Positions 15,452 to 24,626 of a DNA stretch of 32,000 nucleotides are shown here, one piece after another; position 1 is the first letter of the stretch, and each line of letters opens with the position of its first letter. A program made the translations under genes and the position numbers. The stretch comes from Gemmata obscuriglobus (lineage in GTDB: Bacteria > Planctomycetota > Planctomycetia > Gemmatales > Gemmataceae), in NCBI RefSeq assembly GCF_008065095.1, contig NZ_CP042911.1, positions 4,350,001 through 4,382,000 on the forward strand, written 5' to 3'. The notes beneath the pieces were generated by a model. The model was given only the letters and a program-made list of their open reading frames with translations. It was not told the origin of the DNA and searched no databases.

Positions 15452-17929
15452 GTGCCGAGGCCCGCCGTGTCGCACGCCGAGAACCCGCTCCTCGCCGCCG
15501 CCCTCGACTACGCCGGCCGCGGCTGGCGGGTGGTGCCGCTGCACGCCTGCGTCGCCGACGAGCGCCGCACCGACGGAGCAATCGGGTGCTCGTGCGGGAA
15601 CCCGGAGTGCGGCAGCCAGGGGAAGCACCCGCGGCTCAAGGCGTGGCAGAAGGAGGCGTCCGCGGACCCGGCCCAGGTGGGCACGTGGTGGGCGGCGTGG
15701 CCCGAGGCGAACGTCGGGGTGGCGCTCGGCCCGGAGTCCGGGGTCGTCGCCATCGACGTGGACACGAAGGCCGGCGAGCAGCTGGTCAAGGAGCTCGCCG
15801 GCGACGCGGTCGAGCGGACCGTGCTGTTCCGGACGGGCAAGGGGCACCGGCTGCTGTACGCGGTCCCGGCGGACCTGCCGGCCCCGCCGGTGACCCGCGT
15901 GGTGCAGCTCGGCGGGTCCGAGGCGGTGCGGTTTCAGAGCACCGGCGGGCAGTGCGTGATGCCGCCCAGCTTGCACCCGAGCGGGAGCTTTTACGAGTGG
16001 GTCGAGGGGCGGGACCTGGCCGCGTGCCCGGTGGCCCCGATGCCCGACTGGCTGATCGCCGAGATGTGCCGGCCGAACAGCCCGGAGTGGACCGACCAGG
16101 GCGCCCGCGAGGCGTTCCTCGAAGGGAAGGACTTTAACCGGGACGCGGACTGGTACCGGGACGTGCTGGAGCCGGCCGGGTTCACGCCGGCGGGGCAGGC
16201 CAACGGGGTGATGCGGTTCACCCGCCCGGGCAAGCGGGCCGGGATCTCGGTGACCGTCGGGCACTACCGCGCCCGCGACGGCTCGCCCGCGCTGTACGTG
16301 TTCTCGGGCTCGATCCCGGGGCTCGACGCGGGGCGGTGCTACGACAAGTTCGGCGCGTTCGCGAAGCTGCACCACGGCGGCGACTTCACGAAGGCCAGCG
16401 CCGCGATCGCGCAGCAGGGGTTCGGGCGGCCGAAGCGCGAGGCCCCGGCGGCCCCGACCGCGACCGTCAAGCCGGCGGCCCCGGCGGAGTGGGAGCACTT
16501 CGTCCCGCTCGAGTCGCCGATCGACGAGGCCCCGGCGTTCCCGCTGCACGCGTTCCCGGCGGCCGTCGCCGAGCACGTGTGCGCGGTGGCCGAGTCGGTG
16601 TACTGCCCGGTCGACTACCCGGCGCTCGCCACCCTGGCGGCCGCGTCGGCCGCGATCGGGGCCTCGTACGTCGCCAAGGTGAAGGCCGATTTCTTCCAGG
16701 GAGCCGGGCTGTTCTGCGCGCTGGTGGGGGACCCGAGCGCCAAGAAGTCCCCGCCCATCAAGCACGTGATCCGCCCGATGCAGAAGGAGCAGGCGGACCG
16801 GGTGGAGAAGATCCGGGACGAGTACGGGGACGAGCTGCCCGAGATGTACAAGGAGGGCGAGGGGGAGCTGTTCGTCTCGGACGTGACCGTCGAGAAGCTC
16901 GGCGAGATGCTCCAGCGCCAGCCCCGCGGGCTGCTCCTGTACAAGCCCGAACTCGTGGGCTGGCTCCTCGCCCAGAACCAGTACAAGGCGAAGGGGGTCG
17001 GGTCGGACCGGTCGTTCTTCCTGGAGGTGTACGACTCGGAGCCGATCACGGTGCACCGCAAGGGCGGGGCCGCGATCCACGTGTCCCGCCCGTCGCTCAC
17101 GATGGTCGGGGCCACCCAGCCGGACGTGGTGCGCGAGTTCTTCGACCGCCGGGACGGGCTGGCCGAGCGCATCCTGTGGGCGTACCCGGCCGCGCTGCCG
17201 CCCCGCGGGGAGCGGTTCTACGAGGTGCCGTTCGCCCTGTCGAGTCAGTGGGGGCAGGTGCTGAAGAACCTGTGGTGCATGACGATGGAGCCGGCCGGCC
17301 TCGGCAAGAAGCGGCCCCGGGCGCACGTGCTGCCGCTGTCCGACGCGGGCCGCGAGGCGTGGCGGGCGTACACCGACCGGCTGGCCGCCACCATGTCGGA
17401 CCCGGACTTCCCGCCGTGGATGCGGTCCGCGTACGGCAAGTTCGAGGGCTCGGCGGCCCGGCTCGCGCTGGTGCTCCAGCTGCTCGCCCTGGCCGGCTCG
17501 GACGCCGCGGACCCGCCGGCGTGCATCGAGGCGCAGTGGGTGACGGCCGCGGCCGAGATGGTGTTCTACTTCGGGGCGCACGCCCGGCGGGTGCACCGCT
17601 CGTGCGGCGGCGACCCGCGGCTCGACGGGGCCAAGCGGATCCTGCTGTGGCTCCGCGACCGCCGGCAGCCCACGTTCAAGCGGGCCGAGCTGTTCGACAG
17701 CCTCCGGCGCAACCCGATGTTCCGCAAGCCCGAGGACCTGAACGCCCCGCTCCAGCTGCTGGACGCGCACAACGCGATCCGGGTGGTGCCGCCCCCGGCC
17801 GAGCGGACCGCGGGCCGGCCCCCGACGCCGGTGTACGAGGTCAGCCCGCAGGTGTTCACCTCGCCCGACGTTTCTCGGATTGTTCGGATTGATCGGGCCG
17901 GTCCGGAGCTGGAGAGCGAGGCCGGGTGA
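15452..17929 (+). CDS. bifunctional primase-polymerase (PrimPol) fused to a DUF3987-type helicase-like domain
   Basis: 825 aa. The N-terminus has GWRVVPLH...GKHPRLKAWQ and VVAIDVD (PrimPol pattern). The central and C-terminal region (GDPSAKKSPPI, LLLYKPELVGWL, SFFLEVYDSEPITVHRKG) resembles DUF3987. Confidence 0.82.
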   Translation: MPRPAVSHAENPLLAAALDYAGRGWRVVPLHACVADERRTDGAIGCSCGNPECGSQGKHPRLKAWQKEASADPAQVGTWWAAWPEANVGVALGPESGVVAIDVDTKAGEQLVKELAGDAVERTVLFRTGKGHRLLYAVPADLPAPPVTRVVQLGGSEAVRFQSTGGQCVMPPSLHPSGSFYEWVEGRDLAACPVAPMPDWLIAEMCRPNSPEWTDQGAREAFLEGKDFNRDADWYRDVLEPAGFTPAGQANGVMRFTRPGKRAGISVTVGHYRARDGSPALYVFSGSIPGLDAGRCYDKFGAFAKLHHGGDFTKASAAIAQQGFGRPKREAPAAPTATVKPAAPAEWEHFVPLESPIDEAPAFPLHAFPAAVAEHVCAVAESVYCPVDYPALATLAAASAAIGASYVAKVKADFFQGAGLFCALVGDPSAKKSPPIKHVIRPMQKEQADRVEKIRDEYGDELPEMYKEGEGELFVSDVTVEKLGEMLQRQPRGLLLYKPELVGWLLAQNQYKAKGVGSDRSFFLEVYDSEPITVHRKGGAAIHVSRPSLTMVGATQPDVVREFFDRRDGLAERILWAYPAALPPRGERFYEVPFALSSQWGQVLKNLWCMTMEPAGLGKKRPRAHVLPLSDAGREAWRAYTDRLAATMSDPDFPPWMRSAYGKFEGSAARLALVLQLLALAGSDAADPPACIEAQWVTAAAEMVFYFGAHARRVHRSCGGDPRLDGAKRILLWLRDRRQPTFKRAELFDSLRRNPMFRKPEDLNAPLQLLDAHNAIRVVPPPAERTAGRPPTPVYEVSPQVFTSPDVSRIVRIDRAGPELESEAG

Positions 17930-17992
17930 GTTCCGGACCCCGCCGAACTATCCGAACAATCCGAGAAACGCCCGCCCCACGGACCCGGACCC

Positions 17993-18580
17993 ATGCCGAC
18001 GACCTACACGATCGCCGACGACGAGGTGTGCGCGCTGCTGGCCGAGGTGATGGGCTCGTGGCACCAGGACCTGCGGGACGCGGGGGTGAAGGTGGCGTGC
18101 CTGTTCGCGGCCAACGACAAGGGGCCGGCGCTGAAGCACGGCGGGTACCCGGTGCTCGCGTGCATCAAGATCGTGTCCCTCAAGGACCGGGTGACCAAGG
18201 CCCACGACGCCGAGCTCCTGATCGACGCGGGCGCCTGGAACGACCTCCGGTACGGGCAGCGGGTGGCGACCCTGGACCACGAGCTGAGCCACATCCGGCT
18301 GAAGAACTTCTGGCGCCGTCCGGTGCTGGACCGGGACAACCAGCCGACCGGGCAAACCGAGGTGGGCTGGGAGTCGGACGACCTGGGGCGGCCGGCGCTG
18401 AAGTCGGTGCCCGGGGACTGGTCGGCGGGGGACGGGTTCGCGGCGGTGGTGGCCCGGCACGGGCGGGACGCGATCGAGTTCCGCAACCTGGCGACCTGCA
18501 CCCGCGAGGCCGAGGCGGCGCTCGCGGCGGGGCAGGCCGCGCTGCTCGAACGGGCCACGCGGCCCGGAGGGTCCCTCTGA
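17993..18580 (+). CDS. putative phage metallopeptidase-like protein (HExxH)
   Basis: 195 aa with a single LDHELSHI (HExxH) motif. Confidence 0.5.
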   Translation: MPTTYTIADDEVCALLAEVMGSWHQDLRDAGVKVACLFAANDKGPALKHGGYPVLACIKIVSLKDRVTKAHDAELLIDAGAWNDLRYGQRVATLDHELSHIRLKNFWRRPVLDRDNQPTGQTEVGWESDDLGRPALKSVPGDWSAGDGFAAVVARHGRDAIEFRNLATCTREAEAALAAGQAALLERATRPGGSL

Positions 18581-18888
18581 TGGTCGCCCCGCGCAACACC
18601 CCGATCGACGGCACCCCGTGCCCGCAGTGCAAGCGCACCCGCGACGAGCACGGCTCGTGCTGGAAGTGCTTCACCCGGCCGTGCGTGCTGTGCGGGCTGG
18701 ACACCGGGAGCTGCCTGATCTCCTCGTGCATCGCCTGCCAGCGGTTCCTGCCGGACGCCCCGGAGCCCGCGCCGTGTCCGACTCCGACTCCCTGTTCGGG
18801 CTCTGGGTCCTGTGGTACCGGGCCGGCCCCCACGAGCGGTGGCGGGTCCACGGCACCGGCTGGTCCCGACCCGCTGCCCTGGTGCTGA
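18580..18888 (+). CDS. cysteine-rich (multi-CxxC) small protein; 3' part overlaps the next gene
   Basis: The ATG overlaps the upstream TGA by 1 nt. CPQC, CWKC, CVLC and CIAC motifs are present. GC3 is high only to about 18775. Confidence 0.4.
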   Translation: MVAPRNTPIDGTPCPQCKRTRDEHGSCWKCFTRPCVLCGLDTGSCLISSCIACQRFLPDAPEPAPCPTPTPCSGSGSCGTGPAPTSGGGSTAPAGPDPLPWC

Positions 18889-18980
18889 TGGACCGCGGCG
18901 GGGACTGGTTCCTGCTCGAGGAGGGCCGCGACCCGAACCGCCGCCCGCGCCGCCGCAAGAAGAAGAAAGGGCCGCGATGA
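18774..18980 (+). CDS. hypothetical protein with a basic tail
   Basis: The GTG at 18774 follows GGAG (18762-18765). GC3 switches to this frame here. The product ends RRPRRRKKKKGPR. Confidence 0.4.
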   Translation: MSDSDSLFGLWVLWYRAGPHERWRVHGTGWSRPAALVLMDRGGDWFLLEEGRDPNRRPRRRKKKKGPR

Positions 18981-19228
18981 CGACCTTCAAGGTGCACGAG
19001 CAGCACGAGGACCGCGACGACGCGATGGTGCTGGAGGCGGAAACGCCCCGGCACGCCGCCGACGAGTACGCCCGCCGGTTCATCCGGCGCGAGCTCGAGC
19101 GGTGGGGGCCGCAAGTCATCTGCCCCGACTACGTGATCCTGGTGCGCCGGCCCGGGGGCCGGCCGACGCGCTTCGTCGCGTACCCCACGCCGGGCGGCGA
19201 CGTGGCGGTCCGCACCATCCCCGATTGA
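18977..19228 (+). CDS. hypothetical protein
   Basis: ATGA overlap with the upstream stop, 83 aa, high GC3. Confidence 0.45.
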   Translation: MTTFKVHEQHEDRDDAMVLEAETPRHAADEYARRFIRRELERWGPQVICPDYVILVRRPGGRPTRFVAYPTPGGDVAVRTIPD

Positions 19229-19255
19229 ACCCCGAACGGAACGCAGGAGCCGGTC

Positions 19256-21463
19256 ATGGCCAAGAAGACGAACCCCGCTGCCGCGCCGGCCCCCGAGGTG
19301 CGGGCGCCCGCACCCGAGCGCCCCCCGGTCGGGCCGCCGGCGACGTTCGGGCCGGAGATCGTCGAGGACGTGCCGCTCGCGGCCGTCGCGCCGTGCCCGT
19401 TCAACGTGCGGCGGCACTTCGACCCGGCGGACCTCGCGTCCCTGGCGGACTCGATCCGGGCGCTCGGGCTGAAGGAGCCGCTGCTGGTGCGGCCCGTGGG
19501 CCGGGCCGGCGGGCCGGCCCCGGAGTGGAACGGGTACTCCTGGATCTACCTCGGCGAGCCCGCCTACGAGCTGGCCGACGGCGAGCGGCGGTTCCGGGCG
19601 CTGGCGCTCATTCATCAGGCGGGCGGGGATATCGGGATGGCCCCCCGGCCGAACGAGATCCCGGTGATCGTGCGGCCCATGACCGACGAGGCGGTGCGGG
19701 CGGTGATGCTGGTGAGCCGCGAGCAGTCGCGGGACCTGCGGACGAGCGAGCTGGTCGCCGGGTACACGGCCCTGGCGGTCGGGCGAACGGTCGAGCAGCT
19801 CGCGGAGTTCCTCGGCCGCAAGAACGAGATCGCCCACGTGCGGGGCGTGCTGAAGCTCGCCCGGCTGCCAGAGTGGGCGCTGGCCGCCATCGATGCCGGG
19901 AAGCTGAAGCCAGCGTCCGCGGTGCTCGTGGCCGGGCTGCACAGCGAGCCGAGCCGGAAGCGGGCCGCCGCGTGCGCCATCCTGGGATGGCACCACCCCG
20001 ACGACGAGGTGGACGCGCTTATCGCCGACCACTTTGACCGCGGCGAGGACCCGACCGAGGCGGACGATTGGGATTACGACGGACCGCTCACCTACCGGGA
20101 GCTCAAGGACCTGCTCGCGTCTGACTTCCAGCGGGAGCTGAAGTCGGCCCCGTTCCCGCGCCAGGCCCTCGACCTGCTGGAGGGCGTCGGCAGCTGCGAC
20201 GCGTGCCCGAAGCGGGCGGGCAACGACCCGGACGCGGTGGAAGCCAAGGTGCGGGCCGACATGTGCCTGGACCCGGAGTGCTACCGGGCCAAGGAAGAGG
20301 TGTGGAACACGCGGGTGGTCGAGGCGGCGAAGGCGAGCGGCAAGACGATCCTCCCGAAGAAGGACGCCGAGAAGCTGTTCAACCGGTACGGCGACGACTC
20401 CCTCGCCTACCGGTCCGGGTACGTCGACCTGGCCGCGACCTGCTACCAGGACAAGGAGAAGCGCACGTACGGGGCGCTCCTCAAGGGGCACGTGGCCGAC
20501 GACCAGGTGGCGATCGCGGTCGGGCCGAAGACCGGGAAGCCGTTCGAGCTGGTCAAGGAGGACCTCGCCGACACGGTGCTGAAGGCGAAATACAAGATCG
20601 GCGAGCGGCCGGGCACGTCCGGGTCGAACGACAAGTGGCTGAAGGAGCAGCGGGAGCGGAAGAAGAAGGCCGAACTCGGCCGGGCCGCGGCCGCGGTCGC
20701 GAACGGGCTCGTCGCGGCCCAGGTCAAGGAAAAGCTCCCGCCGGGCTTCCCGGTGTTCCAGGGCGGGGTCCCGCTCCTCCAGCAGGTGGCCGCGACGGTC
20801 GCGAGCTTCGGCGGCTCCGAGGTGTGCCGGGTGGTGGCGAAGCGCCGGGGCCTCCCGCTCAAAGACCCGCACGCGCACCGCGAGGCGGTCTCCGCACTCG
20901 CGTTCACGCTCGCCGAGCCCCGGGACCTGATCGCCCTGGTCGCCGAACTGGCCGCCACTTACCGCACCATGAGCTGGGCGAGCGAGTACGCCCGGGACAA
21001 CGTCAGCAAAGAGGAGCGGGCGTTCTTCGCCGCGTTCGGCATCGACCGCAAGACGCTCACCCAGGACGCCGCGGCCGAGAAGAAGGCCGCGAAGGCCTCC
21101 AAGAAGAAGGACAAGAAGAAGTCGGCCGGGGGCGGGGTGCCGGCGCCCGCACCGGTCGCACTCACTACCTGGGACGGCGTCCCGAACTTCCCGGAGCAGG
21201 CCGCCGCCCACCTCGCGACCAAGGGCGTGAACACCGTCGCGGACCTCGACGCGGTCGTGGAGCGGCTGAAGCGCGGGGACGGGGGCGCGGCCCGGCCGAA
21301 CGGGGCCGCCAACCGGTACACCGCGCTCAAGGAGCTCGGGGTGCCGCCCGACGTGGTCTACCAGGCCGGCGACGCGCTGGTGGACTGGGAGGGCGCGAAG
21401 GGCGCCCCCGCGGCCGCCGCGGCCCCGAAGCCGAAGGGCAAGCGGAAGGCGGGTGCCGCATGA
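19256..21463 (+). CDS. ParB-like nuclease (ParB/Srx N-terminal) domain protein, large
   Basis: 735 aa. The N-terminus has PFNVRRHFDPADLASLADSIRALGLKEPLLVRP and LADGERRFRAL (ParB box pattern). A Cys cluster (CDACPKR...CLDPEC) and lysine-rich tracts are also present. Confidence 0.72.
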   Translation: MAKKTNPAAAPAPEVRAPAPERPPVGPPATFGPEIVEDVPLAAVAPCPFNVRRHFDPADLASLADSIRALGLKEPLLVRPVGRAGGPAPEWNGYSWIYLGEPAYELADGERRFRALALIHQAGGDIGMAPRPNEIPVIVRPMTDEAVRAVMLVSREQSRDLRTSELVAGYTALAVGRTVEQLAEFLGRKNEIAHVRGVLKLARLPEWALAAIDAGKLKPASAVLVAGLHSEPSRKRAAACAILGWHHPDDEVDALIADHFDRGEDPTEADDWDYDGPLTYRELKDLLASDFQRELKSAPFPRQALDLLEGVGSCDACPKRAGNDPDAVEAKVRADMCLDPECYRAKEEVWNTRVVEAAKASGKTILPKKDAEKLFNRYGDDSLAYRSGYVDLAATCYQDKEKRTYGALLKGHVADDQVAIAVGPKTGKPFELVKEDLADTVLKAKYKIGERPGTSGSNDKWLKEQRERKKKAELGRAAAAVANGLVAAQVKEKLPPGFPVFQGGVPLLQQVAATVASFGGSEVCRVVAKRRGLPLKDPHAHREAVSALAFTLAEPRDLIALVAELAATYRTMSWASEYARDNVSKEERAFFAAFGIDRKTLTQDAAAEKKAAKASKKKDKKKSAGGGVPAPAPVALTTWDGVPNFPEQAAAHLATKGVNTVADLDAVVERLKRGDGGAARPNGAANRYTALKELGVPPDVVYQAGDALVDWEGAKGAPAAAAAPKPKGKRKAGAA

Positions 21464-21621
21464 CCCTGATCCTGCGCGTCGTCGAGCCGGCCACGCCGGT
21501 CGACCTCGGGGCGGCGGGCGTGTGCCGGGTGGGGCTGGCCGAACTGGTGGGCGCCTGGGGCCGCGGGCCGGTCCGGCACGTGGTGTACCTGGGCGACTGG
21601 AACGTGGGGGCCGCGGCATGA
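21460..21621 (+). CDS. hypothetical small protein
   Basis: ATGA overlaps at both ends, 53 aa. Confidence 0.35.
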   Translation: MTLILRVVEPATPVDLGAAGVCRVGLAELVGAWGRGPVRHVVYLGDWNVGAAA

Positions 21622-21863
21622 GCCTGAACGACCTGATCGCGGCGCTGGGCCTGGTCCTGCCGACGATCAATTGCAACCAGCCCCGGGCCGCGGTGCTGCG
21701 GGACGTCCGGGCCGGGCTCGACGCCGCGCTCCCCAACTGGCGCGAGGTCGCGGCCGCCGACGGCCGGATGCAGCACTTCCGGGCCACGGTGCAAGCCCCA
21801 CACGGCGGCCCGGTGCACGTCGGCCTGATCCTGTGGTCGCGGACGGAAACGGGGGACGAATGA
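21618..21863 (+). CDS. hypothetical protein
   Basis: ATGA overlaps at both ends, 81 aa. Confidence 0.4.
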   Translation: MSLNDLIAALGLVLPTINCNQPRAAVLRDVRAGLDAALPNWREVAAADGRMQHFRATVQAPHGGPVHVGLILWSRTETGDE

Positions 21864-22714
21864 GCAAGGTCACCGCACTCGCACCGTGGTTCGGCAGCAA
21901 CCGCACCCTCGCGGAGAACGTGGGGGCGGCCCTGGCCGGGTGCCGCTGGGTCGGGGTGCCGTTCGCCGGCGGCATGAGCGAGCTGCTGCACATTCAGGCG
22001 CCCACGGTGGTAGTGGGGGACTTGCACCCCCACGTGCTGAACCTCGCGGCCGTGGTCGCGAACCCTTGCCTCCGCGCCGAGTTGGTCGAGCGGCTTGACG
22101 GACTGCCGTACCACCCCGATGTCCTCAAAGCGGCTCAGCAGCGGTGCGCCGAACGGGAGGGGGCCTTCGACGACGGTTGGTTCGGTGAGGGCGGCTTGAT
22201 CGGGAACAGCGTGGACCTTGATTGGGCCTGTGACTACTTCGTGTGCGCGTGGATGTCTCGCAACGGCTGCGCGGGCACTCGGAACGAGTTCACGAGCTCC
22301 TTCAGCGTTCGCTGGGACGCCGGCGGCGGGGATTCCGCGACCCGGTTCCGCAATGCAACGGCCGGACTCGTCGAGTGGTCCGCGATCATGCGGGCCTGCA
22401 CCTTCGTGCGGCTGGACGTGTTCCAGTTCCTCGCCGCGGTCAAGGATCTGGCGGGGCACGCGCTGTACCTCGACCCGCCGTTCCCGAAGGTGGGCGACGC
22501 GTACAAGTTCGGCTTCGGCGAATCGGATCAGCGGCGGCTCGCGAAGGAGCTCGCCGGCTTCAAGACGTGTCGAATCGTGGTGCGGTACTATGACCACCCG
22601 CTGATTCGCGAACTGTACCCGGAACCGCTGTGGACCTGGCACCGGTTCACCGGGCGGAAGCAAACCAATGCGGCGGCGAATGAGGAAGTGCTCCTGGTGA
22701 GGAACGCGGCATGA
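21860..22714 (+). CDS. DNA N6-adenine methyltransferase (Dam / D12 class)
   Basis: 284 aa. It has PWFGSNRTLA near the N-terminus, an AdoMet motif (VPFAGGMSE) and a catalytic YLDPPFP (DPPF) motif. Confidence 0.72.
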   Translation: MSKVTALAPWFGSNRTLAENVGAALAGCRWVGVPFAGGMSELLHIQAPTVVVGDLHPHVLNLAAVVANPCLRAELVERLDGLPYHPDVLKAAQQRCAEREGAFDDGWFGEGGLIGNSVDLDWACDYFVCAWMSRNGCAGTRNEFTSSFSVRWDAGGGDSATRFRNATAGLVEWSAIMRACTFVRLDVFQFLAAVKDLAGHALYLDPPFPKVGDAYKFGFGESDQRRLAKELAGFKTCRIVVRYYDHPLIRELYPEPLWTWHRFTGRKQTNAAANEEVLLVRNAA

Positions 22715-22881
22715 TGATCAAGATCGAGAAGATCCCGCAGGGCGTGCAGGTCACCGTCACCCCGAGCGGCGCGAAGAAGCCGGTCACGTTCGTGATCCAG
22801 CCCGGTCAGCTGGGGTTGATCACAGAGATGCTGCGGACCGCCATGAGTGCCGAGACCTTCAAGTTCGAGCTGCAGCTATGA
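22711..22881 (+). CDS. hypothetical small protein (below the ORF-track size cut-off)
   Basis: My own translation gives MMIKIEKIPQGVQVTVTPSGAKKPVTFVIQPGQLGLITEMLRTAMSAETFKFELQL. ATGA overlaps at both ends. Confidence 0.4.
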   Translation: MMIKIEKIPQGVQVTVTPSGAKKPVTFVIQPGQLGLITEMLRTAMSAETFKFELQL

Positions 22882-23720
22882 GCGAGCGGGCCGGGTTCCT
22901 CAGCGCGATCCTCGAGAGCCCCGCGGACGACACCGCGCGGGCCGCGTACGCGGACTGGCTCCGCGAGCAGCCGGGGGCGTTCGACCGGCTGCACGGGCGG
23001 TTCCTGTGGGCCGGGCTCACGCTGGCCCGGTTCCGCGGCCAGGAGGTGGTCGAGGACGGGATGTTCTTCGACGCCCTGAGGGACCAAGCCGAGGCGGCGC
23101 CCGAGGTCATCGCGGTGCAGTTGCAGCACGTACTCGGGTGGGGCTGGAACGCCACCGAATGGGCCTGGGACAACGAGACCGCGGCCCCGGACCGGATCCA
23201 CGTGGCGACGATCCCGCCCAAGGTGGCGAACGAGACCCCGGCCGAGCGTCGGGAGCGGCGGCGATCGGGGCGGGCCCGGACGACCGCGGCCGGTTACGAG
23301 CGCGGGTGCCTCACGTGGGTGCGGGTCCGCGCCAAGCAGTGGGAGCTCGCGGGCGAGAAGATCCTTGGGAGTTGTCCGCTCCAGCGGGTCGAACTGCTGG
23401 AACTGCCGGGGCTGGTGCTGAGCATCGAGAGCGACGACGGCTGGCGGTTGCGTGGCGAACTCCGGCCGCCGTTGACTCAGCGCCTCGACCGGGCGGGCAC
23501 GGCGGCCGCCCCGATCGAGGCATCGGAGCCGGATCGGATGGAGGAGGGCTTCGCGCGTGACAAGTTCGTTCGGCGGTTCGCCCACTCCACCTGGGCGGTG
23601 CTCACGCGTCTGCACTTCATGGCCGGGTTCGCGTGGCCCGGGCCGCTGCCGGAAAGCATGATGGGACCCGGCCCGTACGTCGGAGTCGATCCTTCGCCGG
23701 AGTTGCTCGGAGGGATTTGA
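22878..23720 (+). CDS. TIGR02996 (repeat-companion) N-terminal domain protein
   Basis: The N-terminus (FLSAILESPADDTARAAYADWLREQ) matches the Gemmata-type TIGR02996 pattern as I recall it. The rest has no recognised motif. Confidence 0.6.
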   Translation: MSERAGFLSAILESPADDTARAAYADWLREQPGAFDRLHGRFLWAGLTLARFRGQEVVEDGMFFDALRDQAEAAPEVIAVQLQHVLGWGWNATEWAWDNETAAPDRIHVATIPPKVANETPAERRERRRSGRARTTAAGYERGCLTWVRVRAKQWELAGEKILGSCPLQRVELLELPGLVLSIESDDGWRLRGELRPPLTQRLDRAGTAAAPIEASEPDRMEEGFARDKFVRRFAHSTWAVLTRLHFMAGFAWPGPLPESMMGPGPYVGVDPSPELLGGI

Positions 23721-23831
23721 TCCGCACCACATCTCGTTCACCCGCAGAGCCGGGCACCCCAGCGGTGCGCCGGCTCGCGTTCGTTTCATGCCCCCGCACC
23801 TCTCGTTTCGCGCGCCACGTGCGTGAGTCCA

Positions 23832-23897
23832 GAGGCCCTATAAGGGGTCTTAAGAGAGTAATTTCTTACCACTCAAAATATCCCTTATAGGGGCCTC
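23832..23897. promoter_or_regulatory. AT-rich inverted repeat upstream of terS (candidate terminator / late-operon control / pac-related site)
   Basis: GAGGCCCTATAAGGG (23832-23846) pairs with CCCTTATAGGGGCCTC (23882-23897) with one bulged G. The pair flanks a 35 nt AT-rich loop in an otherwise very GC-rich element. Confidence 0.45.
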
Positions 23898-24014
23898 CCC
23901 GCCCCCGGCTCGCACTTCGCGCGTGAATCGAAACCCCGCCTTCCCGCGGCTTTCATCCGGGCAACCCGGGGCGGCATCATCAGTAGCGGAAACAAGAGGA
24001 TTCTGGAGCCTCCG

Positions 24015-24626
24015 GTGGCGGGCACGGGCGAGGACAAACTGAGCGCCCGGCAGGAACTCGCCATCGTGGCCCTGCTCGGGTCGTCCACGGTCAAAGGGGC
24101 CGCCGAGCAGGCCAAGGTGTCCGAGGCCAGCCTGTTCAAGTGGCTCAAGGACCCGGCGTTCAAACAAAGATTATCGTATGTTCGCAAGATAGTTACGGAT
24201 CAGGCGTTCACCGCGGTGGGCACGGACCTGCAGGAGATCGGGCGGAACGCGGTGGCGACGATCAAGCGGAACCTGGGGCCGCCCGCGCCGCCGGCGGTGC
24301 AGGTGCGGGCCGCGACGGTGGCCCTGGACAAGCTCGCCAACTGGCAGATGGTGGCGGACCTGCAGGAGCAGATCGAGGGCCTCAAGGCGCAACTGGCGGG
24401 GCAGGCGCATGGCGAGCATCGCGAGCCTCCGGGCGCAGGTGGCGAAGCTGCGGGCGCAAGCGGCGGCGCGGATGCGGTGCGGGTCGCGGGAGACGCTGGA
24501 GCGGCTGCGGGCGGACCCGACGCTCCCGTTCACGGCGATGGGGTGGCGGCCGGACCCGTGGCAGGCCCGGTTCCTGACGAGCCCGGGGAAGCGGGAGTCG
24601 CTCCTCTGTTCCCGCCAGGCGGGTAA
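24015..24626 (+). CDS. terS: terminase small subunit-like HTH protein (3' 218 nt overlap terL out of frame)
   Basis: The GTG start follows GGAG. The HTH-like segment is RQELAIVALLGSSTVKGAAEQAKVSEASLFKWLKD. It lies immediately upstream of terL. GC3 drops after about 24409. Confidence 0.5.
   Translation: MAGTGEDKLSARQELAIVALLGSSTVKGAAEQAKVSEASLFKWLKDPAFKQRLSYVRKIVTDQAFTAVGTDLQEIGRNAVATIKRNLGPPAPPAVQVRAATVALDKLANWQMVADLQEQIEGLKAQLAGQAHGEHREPPGAGGEAAGASGGADAVRVAGDAGAAAGGPDAPVHGDGVAAGPVAGPVPDEPGEAGVAPLFPPGG

Noticed and set aside
18671-22663. A 1330-aa minus-strand ORF, and similar giants at 15188-17770 (860 aa), 10377-11831 (484 aa), 6764-8011 and 12331-13497.
   Set aside because: Their translations are Arg/Pro/Gly/Ala-rich low-complexity sequence, typical of the antisense frame of high-GC genes. 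They overlap plus-strand genes that have clear motifs and strong third-position GC bias.
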